The notes below the pieces were generated by a model that saw only the letters and a program-made list of their open reading frames with translations, did no database searches and was not told the origin of the DNA. A stretch of 64,000 bases of DNA from Okamejei kenojei. Taxonomy: Eukaryota. The stretch spans positions 79,856,001 through 79,920,000 of the forward strand of contig CM069133.1 in the NCBI GenBank assembly GCA_035221665.1, written 5' to 3'. This document shows positions 44,681-57,700 of this stretch, in pieces. The number at the start of each line of letters is the position of its first letter. The first letter of the stretch is position 1. Both the position numbers and the translations under genes were made by a program.

Positions 44681-47600
44681 CTAAGCAGTCACTTTGACTC
44701 TGGTCAGTAAAACATATTTCTGTTTTGCAGATGATTTGGAATCACCAATAGCAAGGTTACGATTAGCAAGGTGAATGATAGCTCACTGATCCTAATAAAA
44801 GTAACTGATTGTTGAGCCCCTCTCAAAGCAACTGACATTGATGGAGATTAAATGTTTCCACAGCAGGAACACGAGGGAGGAGGAAATAAAGCCTTGTGCT
44901 TGCATAAACATGCGGCAAAGTGCTTTAACACCAATCAAGATTTATTATTGTGTAGTCATTGTTGTAATAACGGAAGTCAATTTGAATATGCAATCTCCCA
45001 TGAGCAGTAATTTATTAATGACTTTTTAATATTGTTGATAGAGAGATACATGTTGAAACAAGAAAACATACACACAGAATGGAGCCATTTGACCCACAGT
45101 GTCTGGACTAGACAAAAAGTTATTAACCTAGTCCGACAATCCATCACCAGGCCTTAGCCTGGTATGGTCACAGCATTTTGAGTACTTGTCCAATCAGTTT
45201 ATAATTCTTTGCTGGACCATTGGGGATAATTCCTGTGACAATGTTCAAAGTAGTACTGTTGGATCTTAGAGACCAGATGAGGGGTGGGTCAGGTGCTAAT
45301 TTCAACAGTTCATCTGTAACATGGCATTGATGGAATGTCACTTGAACCATGAATGGAACCCAAGATTTGCAGATCATATCACACAGTCATGGAGTTACAG
45401 ATACAGTCACAGGAGTCAGACACAAAAGGATAGAATTTCATATTCAAGCAAGAGGGAGGAATATTGGTGGAATAGGTGGGCGAAGGGTGGACCCAACCCG
45501 AAACATCACCTATCCATGTTCTCCAGAGATGCTGCCTGACCTGCTGGGTAACTCCAGCACTTTATTTTTTTTAGGAAACAAACATCTGTTGTTTCTTGTA
45601 TCTACATGTTTATGCAACACGTTTAGTTCAGCACACAAACCTTCCAGCCCTGAACACATATAAATAACAAATTTTCCAAAGGTCTGATACTGCAAGATAA
45701 TAGTGTTTGGTTAAGAAATCTGGACAAATTAGGAAATTTGGTAGCAGTAGCTCAATAATGCATTTCATCATAATGAAATGATTATGAAAAGTGAGGTCAT
45801 GCTGGTGGTCGTGTTTTTTTTTTCAGGAAATTCCAATGAGCTCAAGTCCTCTGCTTGTTCAACACATATGACCCTTCCTCTTTCCCAGCCACCCATGCAG
45901 ATGCCTCTGTCTTTTTGCTTATCCAAATTGAACAGTCCAGGTAGGGGGAATGTGGTGACATGAAGTAATCATAAAATAATCTGTAATGAATGCTTCGTGA
46001 TTCCTGCAACCTGCATACGATGCAGTTATATTCTTGTTCATCCCACCTCAAGCACCCATCTTCTTTCTTCCATCATATAGCACTTGCCTCCATTTTATCA
46101 ACTGCTTTCAGAACTGACTTCAAGGAACTTTTCACTCTGACCCATCTTAAACTCTAAACACAGAGCCATGTACCATCTTGTTTCACCCTGTACCATGATA
46201 AAATCAGACTATGGGCCTCACTAACATTTGCTCATGTTATCTGATGGATCACTATTTGAATAGAAACCTGCTCCCTGGTGGTATATATCACTAATTTCTC
46301 CTAGCTGATCTCAAACTTGTTAAAATCCAAGCACCACAGGATTTAATTGCTTCTTTTTGATTGAGTCCGTCTTCTTCTCACTCTTTCTACCTCTCTACCG
46401 CACGGAAGTACATGGAAGAATCATTGCAGCAGAATTTCACAGTGCCTGAAGCCAAAAGCGTGTTCACATTGAAGTGCATCAGGATGATGCAGCCTCATTT
46501 TTGAGGCAAAGTTCTCAAGGAGAATGAGAAATGTTATGTGTGCCCAACATCTATTTGGCACAAGCACAATTCATAGTCTGAGGGGTTGGATTGGAAATTC
46601 AGTGGTGTAGTTCAACCCTGTAATTGTTGGAATTGTGTCCCATTACAATTAAAATTTATGTAGCACTGATAAAAAGCAGCCCACACAAACTAGTTTCTCG
46701 GGGTCCATTGCCCTGTCGGCTCCTGATATTAACACAAAATGGCTCAGTGCTCAGACCGGTCAAATTGGGGGCATTTTGGATTCAGTCATTTGCTTCTGGA
46801 TATAAAGCAATTTCGAGAAATCCCAGGCGAAGACAAAGGTTGCATTTCTCCCCCGTGAAACCTGGAACCATTTGTATGAACGGTTTGTGGCCTCTGAGAG
46901 AAGTATTCTTGGCTGTTTTTTTCTGCCCTTCTCAATTCCAGCATTATTATTTCACAGCTGAATCACATCAGGGATTGTGCTGCGTCCCCCAACACAAGCA
47001 TTGGCTGGAAGTAGACTTCACCTTTGATCCTGGGTGCCTACCATACGCGGACACTCAGAGTGCACACTGATTTAATTCAATGTCTGTTGCTGGCATTTTA
47101 GAGAGTGGAATGGTAGTCAACCTCCAGATAACTAGCCTGCAATATATTTCATTTAAATCGGTCTTAATCTTGTCCTACGGTTTCTGAAGGACAAGTTTCT
47201 ACAGCTGGTAAACAGCAATTTCTTTGGCATGTGTGATCTTCAGTGATTTGCACAAATAAATCCAGCTGTTTTCAACTATTTCTGCCTCTGGGATTGCTGA
47301 TTCCCCTCAACTATAATTTCTGTTAAATCCAACATTTGTGTCTAAATGCAGTGTTTATTTAATAATCTGGAAATGTTTTATTATCGTATACAATCACTCC
47401 ACTATATTGATAAAGAGATTATTGTTGGGAAATAATTGCATGACCTTTGCCCATTATTCTAATAACCTAATCCAACCAAGAGGTTTTGCAGTAATATTCC
47501 TAGTTCATATATTAACACCACAGACAATAGAGGATTGTAAAGGTTAAACAAAGAGTAAACGTTGTGAAATACCGCATCTGTTTTTCTGTCCAATTTCCAT

Positions 47601-47757
47601 CTCTGATAGGGGAGGTTTGAGCAAAAGGCTTCGGAATACTTACAGATGCTTCATGTAGCCAGACAACAAATTAATCTATAGACGCTCAGCACAACTTTAG
47701 AACACATGTCACCAGCTGTTGTTGTAGTCCAGCTTTGGGCCACTCCATACACTAGGC

Positions 47758-47891
47758 AGAGTCTAAAGAAGGGTTTCAGCCCAAAACATTGCCTATTTCC
47801 TTCACTCCATAGATGCTGCTGCACCGCTGAGTTTCTCCAGCACTTTTGTCTACCTTCGATTTTCCAGCATCTGCAGTTCCTTCTTGAACAT
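47758..47891 (+). mobile_element. Short PLE terminal unit with a 14-bp TSD
   Basis: tccatacactaggc (47744-47757) and tccatactctaggc (47892-47905); begins agagtctaaagaagggtttcagcccaaaacatt. Confidence 0.8.
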
Positions 47892-48013
47892 TCCATACTC
47901 TAGGCCTTCACACTGCAAAAACAAACATCACCTCAGCACTTAAGAAGACAGAAACAGGGAAAAAAAGATATTTACCCTATTATTCCACTAAAGTGAGCAG
48001 AGTTGCCACATGT

Positions 48014-48318
48014 TTAATTTAGTTTACTTTTGAGATACAGCATGGAGACAGGTCCTTTGGCCTACCAGGTCATGGCCAACCATTGGCCACATTGGTTCTA
48101 TTCCACTTTCTCATCTGCTCCCTACACTAGCGGCAATTTAAAGAGGCCAATTAACTTACACACTTGCACGTCTTTAAGATATGGGAGGACACTGGAGGAA
48201 ACCCACGTGGCCACAGGGAGAATGTGCAAACTCCACTTAGACAGCATCTGAGTTTAGGATCAAACCCCGGGTCTCAAGTGCTGTGAGATAGTTACTCTAC
48301 CAGCTGTGACATTGTGTT
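48014..48318 (-). mobile_element. tRNA-derived SINE (HE1/V-SINE-like)
   Basis: gagatacagcatggagacagg...ggaaacccacgtggccacagggagaatgtgcaaactcc. Confidence 0.8.
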
Positions 48319-48982
48319 ACCTCATTGCTGTAAGTAAGTTAAGGAATGCTGTGTGTACTTACTGTCTAGTTACTAATAATCAAATTCAGAAATTCTCAAA
48401 GATGCAGGTGACATAGTCAGCTTCCCTTTTGAATCACATTTTGGTTTCTCGTCAGAAGTGAGAAGTGGATTGCTCAATCTGTAGAACTCCGAGTTTCTGC
48501 ACCTTATTAGGTAAGTATATAAAGATTAAATGGGCCTTGACACTGTTATGCACTGTAAAGTAAATTGAAGAAAACCAAAATATATTAGATGATGGAAGTA
48601 GGAAAACAAATGCTGATTCTCATCTCTAGAAAGAGGGCAGAATTCATGCACCATATCGATGACATTTCCGAACTGAGTGTGTTTGATGTTAACCCAGGAG
48701 TGGAGGGGCTGACCTTACAGAATGCTTTGAGCCTGTGCATGGTTTCCTCCACTGCACAGAATAAATGAGTGTGAATGCTGAATTGTTTGCAGCAGTGGGG
48801 GAGCGGTGGGGGAGAAGCCAATACAGTGCAATGAGCAGACTGTCTGAAAGGTACAGGTCAGGGCATGAAGGACAGAAATGGATTTCCCGCCACAGATGTA
48901 GCCTGACCTATTCAGTTCCTGCAGCAGTTTGTATTTTTTCTCATCATTCCTGCATCTGCAATCTCTTGAGCCTCCTTGGTGA

Positions 48983-49467
48983 ATTTAGTTTGTTTAGCGC
49001 TACAGCATGGAAACAAGCCCTTCGGCCCACTGAATGCAGGCCAAGTATCGGTAACCAGTTCAGATTACAAGTTCCATGTAATCACAATTTCTCATCCAAC
49101 CCCTACAAGCTAGGGGTGTTTTTTTCACCGAGACCCATTCACCTACAGGTGGTTTTCTTTATTTTAGTTTAGATTAGAGATACAGCACAGAAACAGGCCT
49201 TTCGGCCCACCAAGTCAGCACTGACCAGAAATCACAGTATCCTACACACACTAGGGAGAATTTACACTTACACCAAGCCAATTCACCTACCTACCGGTAT
49301 GTCTTTGGAGTGTGGGAGGAAACCAAAGATCTTGGAGAAAACCCACGTGGTCACGGGAAAATCGTACAAAGTCCGTACAGACAAGCACTGTAGTCAGGAT
49401 GGAACCCAGGTCTGTGGCACTGCAAGTGCTGTAAGGCAGCAACTCTATCGCTGCGCCACCATGCCGC
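48983..49467 (-). mobile_element. Two adjacent SINEs (partial 48983-49150, near-full 49160-49467)
   Basis: agatacagcacagaaacaggcctttcggccc...gtaaggcagcaactctatcgctgcgccaccatgccgcc. Confidence 0.85.
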
Positions 49468-51829
49468 CTCCTCGCTATGTTCTGTTGAAGCAGTGGTTAG
49501 AGATTTGAGTGACTGCATCCTATTTTGCAGGGTAAGTAAAGGTGAAGGCGAGAACGAAGGCTTAGGCTGGTGGACATGGTGTTGAACATTTCAAGTAATA
49601 TTGACATTCAGCCAGGTTTGAGGAGATTATCCCATTACACTCCTGACTTGTGCCTAATAGATGATGAAAAGGCTTTAGGAAATCTGGAGGTGAACCATCA
49701 CGAATCTGTGTAGTCAATTGATCTTCAACAGTAAAGTGAACAATGAAAGCCTTGCTTGATTATAAATAGTCCTCATAATCATCACAATCCTTGCTCTTTT
49801 TCAAAGGGTTACTTCAACTTGTTAATTAAAGTGCTAGCCAGAATGATTTGCAACCTCATTAGTGAGTGTTACAAGCCAATTTTTAATTTGCCTTGATGAT
49901 CGTGAGGTTTGCCATTTCTGGTGCTCACCTCAATGCATTTATCAAGATGGCAGCTTGTGCGAAGAACATCTGAACCAGGCAATGTAGCTTAGCATCTCAT
50001 CTCAGCCATCTCAGAGACTCATCTCGAAAAATATGATTTCAAAAGCTTGGTTGGGCAGTCAGAGCTCTAATCAAAGCTTTTGTGCTGCGGATATGAGAGT
50101 GATGTGGTCAGCAGCATAACATGGAAGCTGCATCTCTAACTTTTCCTTTTTAGGAAAAGTAGGACGTATTCCAATAAATGCATGGCAAAAGCTTGCAGCG
50201 AAACAGATGTGTTTAAAGATCGGCTGCCACCCAGCCATGCTACCTGAAACAGCAAGGAGGTTTGTATTTGCATAAACTGTAGTGTGTGTGGGCTGACAAA
50301 ACTGGTTTCAATTGAAGCTCCCTGGAAAGGAAATCTCGTGTACTCATGAAGTTGCAGCGAGCTGGAAATCATCCTTGCTACTGAACACAAAGCAGTGCCT
50401 GAATAGGACCACTTATTCATTAGGGCAGCTGTGTGTGGCACGGGATATCCCAGCAACAAAATATATTCCATGTAGATCTCCTGGTGCGAGTTTTGTGGTG
50501 AGAATTCTCATAGATGTCAACTATAAGTCTGTCGATTGTGGTGAGCCAACTGAAACAGATATCCCAGACATTAACATTTGCATTCTCACCCCATTTCCCA
50601 GCGTCCCCTTTTCCCATTCCCTTTCCCAGGCTACAGCATTCCCTATATTTTTTTCCCAGAAATGAGTTGCCGAAGGAGGTATTTGAGGCAGGTCTTATGG
50701 CAACATTTAAGATACATTGCAGTTCCTTGCAGCATCTGCAGTAACCTTGCATCTCCATTACCATTCCTCATTCCCCCCGTCACTTTCAATTACCTCTGAG
50801 TTATCTGACAAATACCCTGACCCACCAATAGACCCACCTTGATAAAGCTGTCATCGTCAGCTTTATTTTCCACAACAAAGGACATTGGCCCTGAATTTTC
50901 CCTTCATCATACTAGTGCTGTGCCATTAAAACAGACACAATCACTCACAGATTCAGGTACAAAATGGGATACCATGAGCAGCATAGTGCTGTATACTTTA
51001 TATGTCGTCCTTGGGCCTGAAATCTTGCACTGTGGAAATTAATTCCATTTGTACATTTCGAAAAAGCATTGGGATTTACTACATCAGTTTATTATCATAG
51101 TGTTAAGATTCACGTTGATTGACTTCTGTACAAAGCAACATATTTCTATTGTGTTGGATTGAAAACCCTACTTCATTCTCCTTTTAAATTACAAAAAGGG
51201 ACAACCAGAAATGAAGGAAGAAGCAGCCATTAGCTGATCTGACATTCTTCTATAAAGCCAAATAAAAATGAAAGAGTAGCTCATCATTGTTTTTGCCAAA
51301 GTGAAATGAATGCAGGAAGTATTTTTATATTTTACGTGGGGAATTGAAATCTGCAAAATTCATTAACATATGGGCCTTCCATCAGCTCCAAGGATTGGCT
51401 AACTTGACAATTTTAGATTGGCTCACTCACATGTAATCAGTCCAAACAAAGAGAAATCTTTGGTTGACTGACTTTGAATTTAGAAAGCTGACAACTCTGT
51501 CAGCTCGGGAAAAAAAAGAATATTGCAACTAATTTCCCAGTGTATTTATTTTATGCTGTTCGATTTCTTAAAAGGGAATACTGCAACGATAGTTTATGCT
51601 TTTTATTAACAGTAAAGGAATGGTACGGAACAAAGCAAAATGCAAGTGCCTGAAGAAACGGGTAACATCAGGGAAGGGAATGGACAGGTGATATTTCGGG
51701 TCAGAACTGTTCTTGAGAATCTGAACTGCAAGACATAGGCTTGTGTGAATTTCTTGGACAAAAGGGGTGTTGATGATTCAGTATCTTGTGGCTGAACAGT
51801 TGTCAGGGAGGGCAAAGCTATTTAACAGT

Positions 51830-51922
51830 CTGAAGAAGGGTCTCGACCTGAAACGTTGCCTATTTCCTTCGCTCCATAGATGCTGCCTCACCCGCTGAGT
51901 TTCTCCAGCATTTTTGTCGACC
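51830..51922 (+). mobile_element. 93-bp PLE terminal unit beginning at the hammerhead core, 7-bp TSD
   Basis: taacagt at 51823-51829 and 51923-51929; CUGAAGA A GGGUC UC GACCU GAAA CG UU. Confidence 0.82.
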
Positions 51923-52304
51923 TAACAGTTTAACTAATGTGTTTAGCTACAGGAATTCAGGAATGGGTGTAAAGTTTAATTTGCGATCATGACTTCATGA
52001 ACTTGAAGGAAATGAGAGGTTCTATTGCAGCTAGGACTTTGTAAGTCTCTGAGTGCAGCAGTATCATCTCTTTAACTAAGCCAGGACAGAAACCCTCAAC
52101 TTGTTATCAAGGCCTTGGGCAAACACCAAAAGAGTCGTGACTTTCAGGACTGTGAACCAAATCAAGGGAATTGATATTCACCTTAAGTCCATTATGGCTT
52201 GGAATGTACACAATGGCTGATTGGCCTCTTTTGTGCCATAAATTACTATGAATCTGAGGCTGCCAAATATGGAAAAGTGGACCAGCAGTGAGGCAGGTGG
52301 CAAT

Positions 52305-53003
52305 CATCGAGGATCGGTGCGGCCTTTCCCGGAGACACGCCTGAGGCTTCAGCTGCAGGCGCAGCGTGGACTCTCGTCACGGAGCGGGCGAGCCCTTGCT
52401 GGGGATCGCTGAGGGGAGCGCTCCGTTCGCTGGCCCGTGGCAGCCTGACGCCGTGGTCTGCAGAGCTCCAGCTGGCGCAGCGTCCGCAGCCTGGGATCCC
52501 TCATTTGAGACCCGGGAGGAAAAGAGCTCCGACCGCCGGCCCGTGGCCTACTTCTACCGTGGGCGCGGCGGGGACTTACCATCCAGAGCGGGATCACTCG
52601 CCGGGGACCCCTGGAGAGGAGCTCCGACTGCCAGCCCTGTGGTCTGTGGTGCTCCTGGCTGCAGCGCGGCGGGGCCTTTAGATCTTTAGATCTACAACCG
52701 CCGGCCTGCGGCCTACACCAACTTGAAGCCGCGGTCTCCGGTGGGGAGGCATTGATTCAGGACTTACTTGGACTTACCTTGTCTACACACCTGGACGCCC
52801 GCAGCGGCGGCTGCGGAGGTTGAGGTCCCGACCACGGGGGAAATGGTGGAGGACTGGCCAAATTTTGTGCCTTCCACCACAGTAATGAATACTGTGGTGG
52901 ATGTCTGTGCTAAATTTTTATTGTGTTTTTATGTGGTTTTTTTCATTGTACCGCTGCTGGCAAATTCATTTGACTTGCACTTTATGTACACTTTCACTTG
53001 CAC
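52305..53003 (+). mobile_element. GC/CpG-rich non-coding element with a Rex1-like 3' tail
   Basis: Abrupt GC-rich block followed by ttgtaccgctgctggcaaattcattt..gcactttatgt, resembling the 3'UTR style at 10740-10810; no recognisable ORF. Confidence 0.5.
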
Positions 53004-53194
53004 ATCTATGGAGGGAATGAGCAGATGATTTGTACGTGTCGCAAAAAGTCCTGACCCTAAATATCATTTGTTCTTTCCTTCCACACATGCTGTCCAACCC
53101 GCTGAGTTTCTCCAGCACCTTGTGTTTTGCTCAACAAAACTAGGTGTGTAGAATGCCTTGTGATGTGAAGGTAATGGTGAATGGTTCACTGGTT

Positions 53195-53660
53195 CCTTTA
53201 TTATTAAGTGAACCTAAGTACAGTGACATTCTTTTTTTGGAATACAGATCAGTAAGATTATTGCCACACATAATCCCTGGACAAGTACATAAATGCATAG
53301 AAACATCCCATTGAGTCAATACGCCAGAGTCGCCACGTTTTGCACCATTTCACAGTCCCAACTGCAGCTGGCCATAAAGGCAAGTTGCAGCCATCATCTC
53401 CATTCAGTCTTCCTGCGAACCATCGATCCTCTCCTTGCCCGGCCTTCTTCAACCTTTGTACCCAGAGGGGGGACTCCTACAGCCGACCTTGATGGTGCGG
53501 AAGACACCCCCTCCCCGGTTCTTCTTACTGCCTTTGTCCAACGTCCTCTGCTGTTGCCAACTCCCCCCACCTCCTCCCAGTCTTCGGGACGAGCAGGGAC
53601 TGTGCTCGGCGCGTTCCCTCTCCCGATTCCCTAGTGGGCAAGCTTAGGCCTGCTGTCAAG
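53195..53660 (-). mobile_element. Non-coding element with a Rex1-like 3' tail
   Basis: ctttattattaagtgaacctaagtacagtgacattc (antisense tail) followed by a GC-richer body. Confidence 0.4.
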
Positions 53661-54294
53661 ATATGGCCATGGCTCGCCTGGACCTTCTGCCGCATGCGGT
53701 ACACTGGGACCATCACAACTGTGTTCACATCACAAATGACCATCGCAACTGTGCTCCAATGAGGAACACAGTAAAAATTGGTTGTAGTCCAGTGGGCGAT
53801 GTTTCGGGCATATTTCAATTAGCGACAGTCGGAACCACATTCACAGGTGGAAATCTGAAAGACTAAAGGGCATATCGTTAATGACAGAGGGGGAATGCTT
53901 AAAAATGTGCAGAACAAGTTTTTTTTTTTAACAGTGTGGTGGGTACCTGTAATGCGTTCAAGGTCAGTGGTGGAAAAACTTTGTAAAATGTTGAAGGAAT
54001 AAAGCAGGACCTAATAATGTTTATTAACACAAGAAATTGCAGTTGCTACTTTACAAAAAAAAACATAAAATGCTGGAGTGCAGACAGGTCAGACTGAAGA
54101 AAAATTCCGACACAAAACATTATCCATCCATGTTCTCCAGAGGTGCTTCAAGGTCCACTGAGTTACTCCAGCACTTTGTCATTTTCTCCTAATAATTAAA
54201 AAAGTGCTGGAGTAACTCCGTTGATCTGGAGAACATGGATGGATGAGGTCACAGATATTGAAGGTGATACATGGAAAAAATATATATATATTAC

Positions 54295-54760
54295 AGGAAG
54301 CAGACCATTCTCTTTTCTCTCCTCTACCTTCTGGGAGAATCAATGGTTCAGTGGTGGTTCAATGGAGCTTTATTGTCACATGTGCAAAACTTAGTGAAAT
54401 TATTTACGCGTTGCCCGAGTTGGTGTATAGGAATGTACAGGAGCTTGAAAGTTCGTATGTCCGTATTTAAGAACAGCCTCATCCCCACTGCTATCCAACT
54501 CCTGAATCAATCACTACTTCACACCCCATTCTTGGAGGTGAAGCCACATATTCTAACTTTTAACTCTATCTAATTTGGTAATTCTGTTATTGTATTTTAA
54601 TATTATTTTGCGCTATTTGATTTTGCACTGCAGTCTCGCACCTTTATGCCCTTTTGCACCCAGCATTGTAATTATTGTTGTTATTTGATCAGTACTGTAT
54701 GACCTTTGTGTAAACAAACAATTTAATTGCACTCTGGTGTACATGACAACAAATGCATCT
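54295..54760 (+). mobile_element. Rex1/Babar 3' fragment
   Basis: 'HSLFSPLPSGR' then 'YRSLKVRMSVFKNSLIPTAIQLLN'; ends gtacatgacaacaaa. Confidence 0.7.
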
Positions 54761-57700
54761 GGATGTGAATAACACATGATGCAGCATATTTACAAACCAA
54801 TTACATTGGGCTTGGCATTGGGGAAGTAGTCCAATGTGCTGGGAAGTAGCACAAGTTACTGTTAAATGGCACACATTCACATGTGCCCAAAAGTTGTTTT
54901 GCCATTCCTGTATCCAAGTTCTCTTCTCTCACAATAGTGGGGCTATTTCCCTTCTTGGGAGCTTATGATGAAAACAAGAAATGTTAATTGTGGACTTCTC
55001 GAGAGCTCAGTTTGGAATTGGAATCCAAGCATGGCTGATTAAAATAAAAGCCTTGAAAATGTACAATATGGTTCTTCGTGTTGATTAGCCCACACATTGT
55101 TAAATTGTAATGATATTAAAGCCTCTCCTGTTTTATAACTATTCCAAATTTCCTTGATGTTCTTTATTCCAGTTATAGCTGCGTTATAGCAACATATCAC
55201 AGCTGAGAAGCCCTTGTACTCAAATGCCTTTCCCGCGCTGAGTTTGGAATTGAAACTAAGATGTGGTAGACTGTTTGATAGCATCATATAGCATGGAAGC
55301 AGGCACTTCACCTCAACCTGTCCATGCCTACCAAGATGGCCAATCTACCCGTCCAATTTATCCATGGTTCAACCCATTTCCCTTTAAACCTTTCCTATCC
55401 ATGCAATGTATCTGTCGTATTATGTTGAAAACCTTGCCAAACAAATTGGTATTACTGTTGAATGCTAAGAGTATCGAGCACTTGATTACATTTACATTCC
55501 AAAACTGAAATAAGATTTTTCTTGTTATCCTTTGTGTTCCTGCATTTAATTCATCAGTTAAACAGTTGATGAAGTTGTGTGCGTCTTATTGTACCGAGCT
55601 AAATTCCTGCAGCATAGTCAGAACCGAATTTAATGGAACTCCCTGTGGAATAAAGTAATTACTGAATAATAAATATTTCAGAGATAGACTATCATTATTG
55701 ACCGACATTTGCCACCAGGATAACTAAGTAGTTTAACCTCAGGATACAGCCAACCAAATGATCTTATCATTTAGCTATTTTTCTAATTAAACATCTACTT
55801 GTGTGGGTTAAAGAAAAACATTTTATTACAATGCATAATTAATAAATTAGGTATGTTGAGAACGATTCATCTCATAATCTTTGCTGGGTTTTTTTTTTCC
55901 ATTTCTGGGCTGCAGTTGCATGACTCTGAATGTCAAAGACTAGTAGGCTAACCTTAAGGTTAGAGGGGCAAAATTTAATGGGGATCGACGGGGCAGGTTT
56001 TTTCATACAGATAGGTGGGTGCCTGAAATACCATGCCAGGGTGGTGCTGGAGGTAGATACAAATAGTAGTGTTTAAGAGGTTTTTACATAGCACATGGAT
56101 ATGAAGGGCATGAAGGGATTTAGCTCAGGTTCAGGCAGAAGAGACAGACATCGGACTTGAACAGTGTGCCAACTGAAGATTTTTCTCAACTAGTTTCCCC
56201 ATGACAAAACTCAAGGAGGAAATCAGTTGCAATATGGATCATTGGACAGATGGGGAAGAGATAAGCAGGGATGGGGGTCAAGGAGAGGATTGGAATCATG
56301 GAGGGTTAGAGGAGATCGGGGTCACCGGGAATTCTAGAGTCACAGAGTGCATTTGGGTCACAGAGAAGATGAGATAGTAGAAGGGATGAGAAGTTAAGAA
56401 GTCAGTGCAGGGTGGAGTTGTGAGATTCAACCAGAAAGTGAAGTGCATCATTTGTGGTTGAGAAGATGGGTGATCACTAACTCAGGAGTTCAGCAGCAGA
56501 GCAATCAGGAAGGTGCACCTGATGGTGTGGGGGAAGACAGTGTGAGCATTTGGGGTTTTGGGCATTCAAAAGTGAAGAGAGAGTCAAGAGTACTTTTATT
56601 GTCATACATCCCAAACAGAACAATGAAATGTTCTGGGGGGGTTCAGTGGAGGCCTAGTGGACGCCCACTGGAGGCCCAGTGGAAGCTCAGTGGAGGCCCT
56701 GGTCCCGTCTCTCTCTCCCTCATCACTCACCCCTCTCCCCTGCCCACCCTCTGCGGCAATGGCGGTCCCATCTACCCGTCCCCCCTGGTCCGTCTCCTCC
56801 GCCGCCGCCGTTGCAGTAACTCACCCTCACGGCCTTCTCGGAGGAGATCTTCACTCTTCGAAACTCGTGGTGCCCACCGTGACAAATACCGACTACATCT
56901 GCTCCCCCCCCCCCCCATGATCCTGCGGTGGCAGCGAGCAGGCAGCTGGGCAGGGCGGGGACGGGCTGAGCGGCAGCAGCAGGTGGTCAGACAGGACGGG
57001 GACGGGCCGAGCGGCGGCTGAGCCAGAGTGGGCAGAGGAAGGGAGGGAGAGTCGGGTTGCAGGGTGGCCGTGCGTTTGAGTAACACACACACACACATAC
57101 ACACATGCACAATCTGCAAACTGGTCCAATCATCAAGTGAACGGGATCTAAACCTCAGCTAACAATGAATTACCTGTGGAGGAAGGAACTGCAGATGCTG
57201 TTTTTTATTGATGGAGGGGGGAGGTGAGGAGAGTGGGGGAGGACGGGGAATAGAGGGAGTGGAGGGGGGAGTGGGGGTGGTGAGGAATGGGGAATAGAGG
57301 GATAGGAGGGGGGCACATCCCAATTTTATTTTCTCAATCCACAAACAGGAGTGTCCTGACAGACCCATTGTTTCTGCTTGTTCATGTCCCACCGAATTAA
57401 TTTCCACATACCTCGACTTCATCCTATCCCCCCCGGTCCAATTCCTCCCTACCTATGTCCAAGATACCTCACACGCTCTTTGTCTCTTCAACGACTTATT
57501 TTTTCCATGCCCCCACTCCCTCTTCTTTACATGGATGTCTAGTCACTCTACACCTCCATCCCCCACCAGGAAGGTCGTAAAGCTCTCCATTTCTTCCTCG
57601 ACCACAGAACCAGCCAATTTCCGTCTACCAATGCTCTCCTTTTCCTGACTCCTCCCACTTCCTTGAAATCCAAGGCATAGCTATGGGCACTTGCATGGAC

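Noticed and set aside
48456-48516. Coding exon ending at a strong gtaagt donor
   Set aside because: All three frames contain stop codons; no support beyond the splice motif.
56443-57021. 192-aa ORF as a real gene
   Set aside because: Low-complexity translation crossing unrelated repeat segments; long only because the DNA is GC-rich.
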